A model generated the notes under the pieces. The model made no database searches. It was not told the DNA's origin and saw only the letters and a list, made by a program, of their open reading frames with translations. A DNA stretch of 62,041 nt, filler included, from Chiloscyllium plagiosum (taxonomy: Eukaryota), in NCBI RefSeq assembly GCF_004010195.1. It is 4 parts of one record of this genome, joined end to end, with 100 filler letters (N's around TTAATTAATTAA, not from the genome) between each part and the next. Parts side by side here need not be neighbours in the genome. Positions count along the whole stretch, not along the records: positions 59,250 to 62,041 come from NC_057713.1; 3 more parts are not named here. One strand, written 5' to 3'. This document shows, in pieces, positions 59,629-62,041 of the stretch. The position numbers and the translations under genes are program-made. Each line of letters opens with the position of its first letter. Position 1 is the first letter of the stretch.

Positions 59629-61369
59629 GGTTTATAGATTTGAATACAGATCTATCAGCAGATTGAGAACAAAGATTTGTTGCGCAAATTGAAAATGAGC
59701 TGCATCTGGCTCCATGAAAGCATGGTCAAAAAGAAGGTAGTATCTGGCTCAGAAATCCAGGATACTGCAAAGAAGGAAGTATTTGTTTCCACTTTGTCTC
59801 TAATAGAAACTAGTTAGATTAAGCATTCTTAGAAGATGTTATTGCAAACAAGTGTGCAACCAACCAGGCTGGGATCAGTTAGTTCAATGCAATGCAGAGT
59901 GATACCAACACTATGAGTTTAATTCCTGTACTGGCTATGGTTACCAACTTGTCCCCTCACCTGAGGTGTGGTGACCCTGAGGTTAAACTACCCACACCAA
60001 CACAGCCCTCCATGAAGGAGAGCCTGAAGATAAAACATGGGAAGTTTAAAAGCCATGCAACGTCAAAGATCAGAATCAAGTTAACAGTCTTTAGACGATT
60101 CCAAGTACATATCAATTTACCAAGTCAAAGAAAACATATTTTACAAGAGTTATGACATTGTCAGGTTGCCTGAAGTTGTGAAATACTGAATTAAATTTTT
60201 AAGTGCAGATCAGGCAGAGCATCTTAGGCTATCATGGAGTGAAGGTTTATATCTATATGTCTCCTCGCAGTCTTGGTGAGAATGTTTATTTCATTGTTGT
60301 AACTGGTAATTAGGTAACTTGAAACTTAATTGCTATAAAGTAATAAACTATATCTTGTTAAGACAAGAACATCTTCTTGTTAACAGTCAATAGTGATTGA
60401 TCCTTTGCTGCTGGACTCTAAATAAATCCTTAGACCCAGTCAAATAAAGGAAGATTGGTGGCAGCACACGTCGAGTTACATGGGTCACAGATTTGTCATA
60501 ATATGAGCCACAAAGGCAGCTAACGGTCTGCATTTATGGAAGGCAAAGACTGTTGTCAAGACGAAAATTGTGGTAAATATTTCCCCTTGTTCATCATGCT
60601 AAAATTATCTATTATGACCATATACTAGAACTCTCTGTATTTAACACTGAGTATGTTATTTTAAAATTGATGGTGTAGTTGTTGCAGTGATGCAAAGATA
60701 TGTTCTTCCCTGTTCTCACACGTAAGATAATACATTCTGTCTACAGACTACGCATTTACACTGGCACTCTGCAGCTCTATTCTCCCAGCTACTCTCGCAC
60801 CTTCTCACACTCTACTTCATTGCAATAGTTTTCCCTTCATCCCACCTTCCTTAGCTTTCTTCCTCCAGTTCATTCAAATACCTTTGTTCCCCTGACCACA
60901 GTATTCCAGTTCATGTTGGTACTGTCCACATTTCTCTCTGCTCATAATCTTCAGCCGACTCCCCAGAGATGCTTTGGTTTGCAAAATAAGATGGTAGTGA
61001 TTGTGACAACAATTTTTGACCTAAGAGGTTTCTCCAAACCATTTAGCTCACTCCTTTATTATTGATCTCACTATTATACTGTTACTGATGAAAGAAGGAC
61101 ATATGGCAGCAAGAATACAGAGCTTTGTTTTTATTTATTCACCCAACGTGAGCCAGTATTTGTTACTCATCCCGAAATTATCTTTAAGAAGGTAAAGGAG
61201 TGAGTTCCAGGATTTTATGTCAGGGACTGTGCTTTATGGCAAGGCCATGTGATATATGGCTTGTAGGGGAATTTGAAGATGGTGATGCAACCATGTATCT
61301 GCTGCCTTTGTCCTACCAGATGGTAAAAGTCATAGGTTTGGAATGTGGAAGCTTCATGGTAATGTTACC

Positions 61370-62041
61370 ATGATCATTCGGGAGGCAGAGGGGGTCATAG
61401 ATCAGAGTTATAGGGAAGTAGTAACTCCAAAGATGGCAGATAGATGGGTGACAGTGAGGGGGACTGGGAGGAAGCAGCCAGTGCAGGGACCCCCTGCGGC
61501 CGTTCCCCTCAAGAACAAGTATACCGTTTTGGATACTTGTGGGGGGGATGACTTACCAGGGGTAAGTAACGGGGCTCAGGTCTCTGGCACGGAGCCTGTC
61601 CCCGTTACTCAGAAGGGAAGGGTGAAGAAGAGCAGAGCAGTAGTAATTGGGGACTCGAAAGTTCGGGGCACAGATAGGCGGTTTTGTGGGAACGAGAGAG
61701 ACTCACGTCTGGTATGTTGCCTCCCAGGTGCAAGGGTACGTGAAGTCTCTGATCGTGTTTTCCGGGTCCTGGAGGGGGAGGGGGAGCAGCCCGAAGTCGT
61801 GGACCATATTGGCACCAACGACATAGGTAGGAGGAGTGCCGAGGATGTTAGACAGGCTTTCAGGGAGCTAGGTTGGAAGCTCAGAGATAGAACGATCAGA
61901 GTTGTTGTCTCTGGTTTGTTACCCATGCCACGTGATAGAGAGTCGAGGAATAGGGAGAGAGAACAGTTAAATGCGTGGCTACAGGGATGGTGCAGGAGGG
62001 AGGGAATCCGGTTTTTGGATAACTGGGGTTCTCTCTGGGGA
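61370..62041 (+). mobile_element. CR1 LINE ORF1 (SGNH/GDSL esterase domain), open to the window end
   Basis: 224 uninterrupted codons: VPLKNKYTVL, VVIGDS, CLPGARV, HIGTND, VVVSGLLP, LNAWL..FLDNW. Confidence 0.92.

Noticed and set aside
59650..59816. Plus-strand exon-like frame IYQQIENKDLLRKLK..
   Set aside because: Weak splice signals, no partner exons, and possibly decayed LINE sequence.

Overview
This is repeat-saturated vertebrate DNA, almost certainly from an elasmobranch (shark or ray), because HE1-type V-SINEs and their partner HER1/CR1 LINE tails occur throughout. I found no convincing host protein-coding gene. Every ORF in the track that I can recognise is retroelement debris, and the rest resemble no protein I know. 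Contents: many CR1/HER1 fragments, a near full-length decayed Rex1/Babar LINE, a 224-codon open CR1 ORF1 (SGNH esterase) running off the right edge, Neptune- and Poseidon-type Penelope-like element (PLE) fragments, a DeuSINE, further tRNA-SINEs, solo LTRs, two Tigger-like MITEs and artificial scaffold linkers. The most interesting signal is a population of 70-230 bp PLE terminal-repeat inserts, most of them foldback (palindromic). They carry minimal hammerhead-ribozyme cores and are repeatedly flanked by 12-17 bp target duplications, most often 14 bp. Larger direct and inverted duplications of flanking DNA are centred on some of them. Repeat boundaries are read by eye and approximate unless a TSD or motif fixes them.
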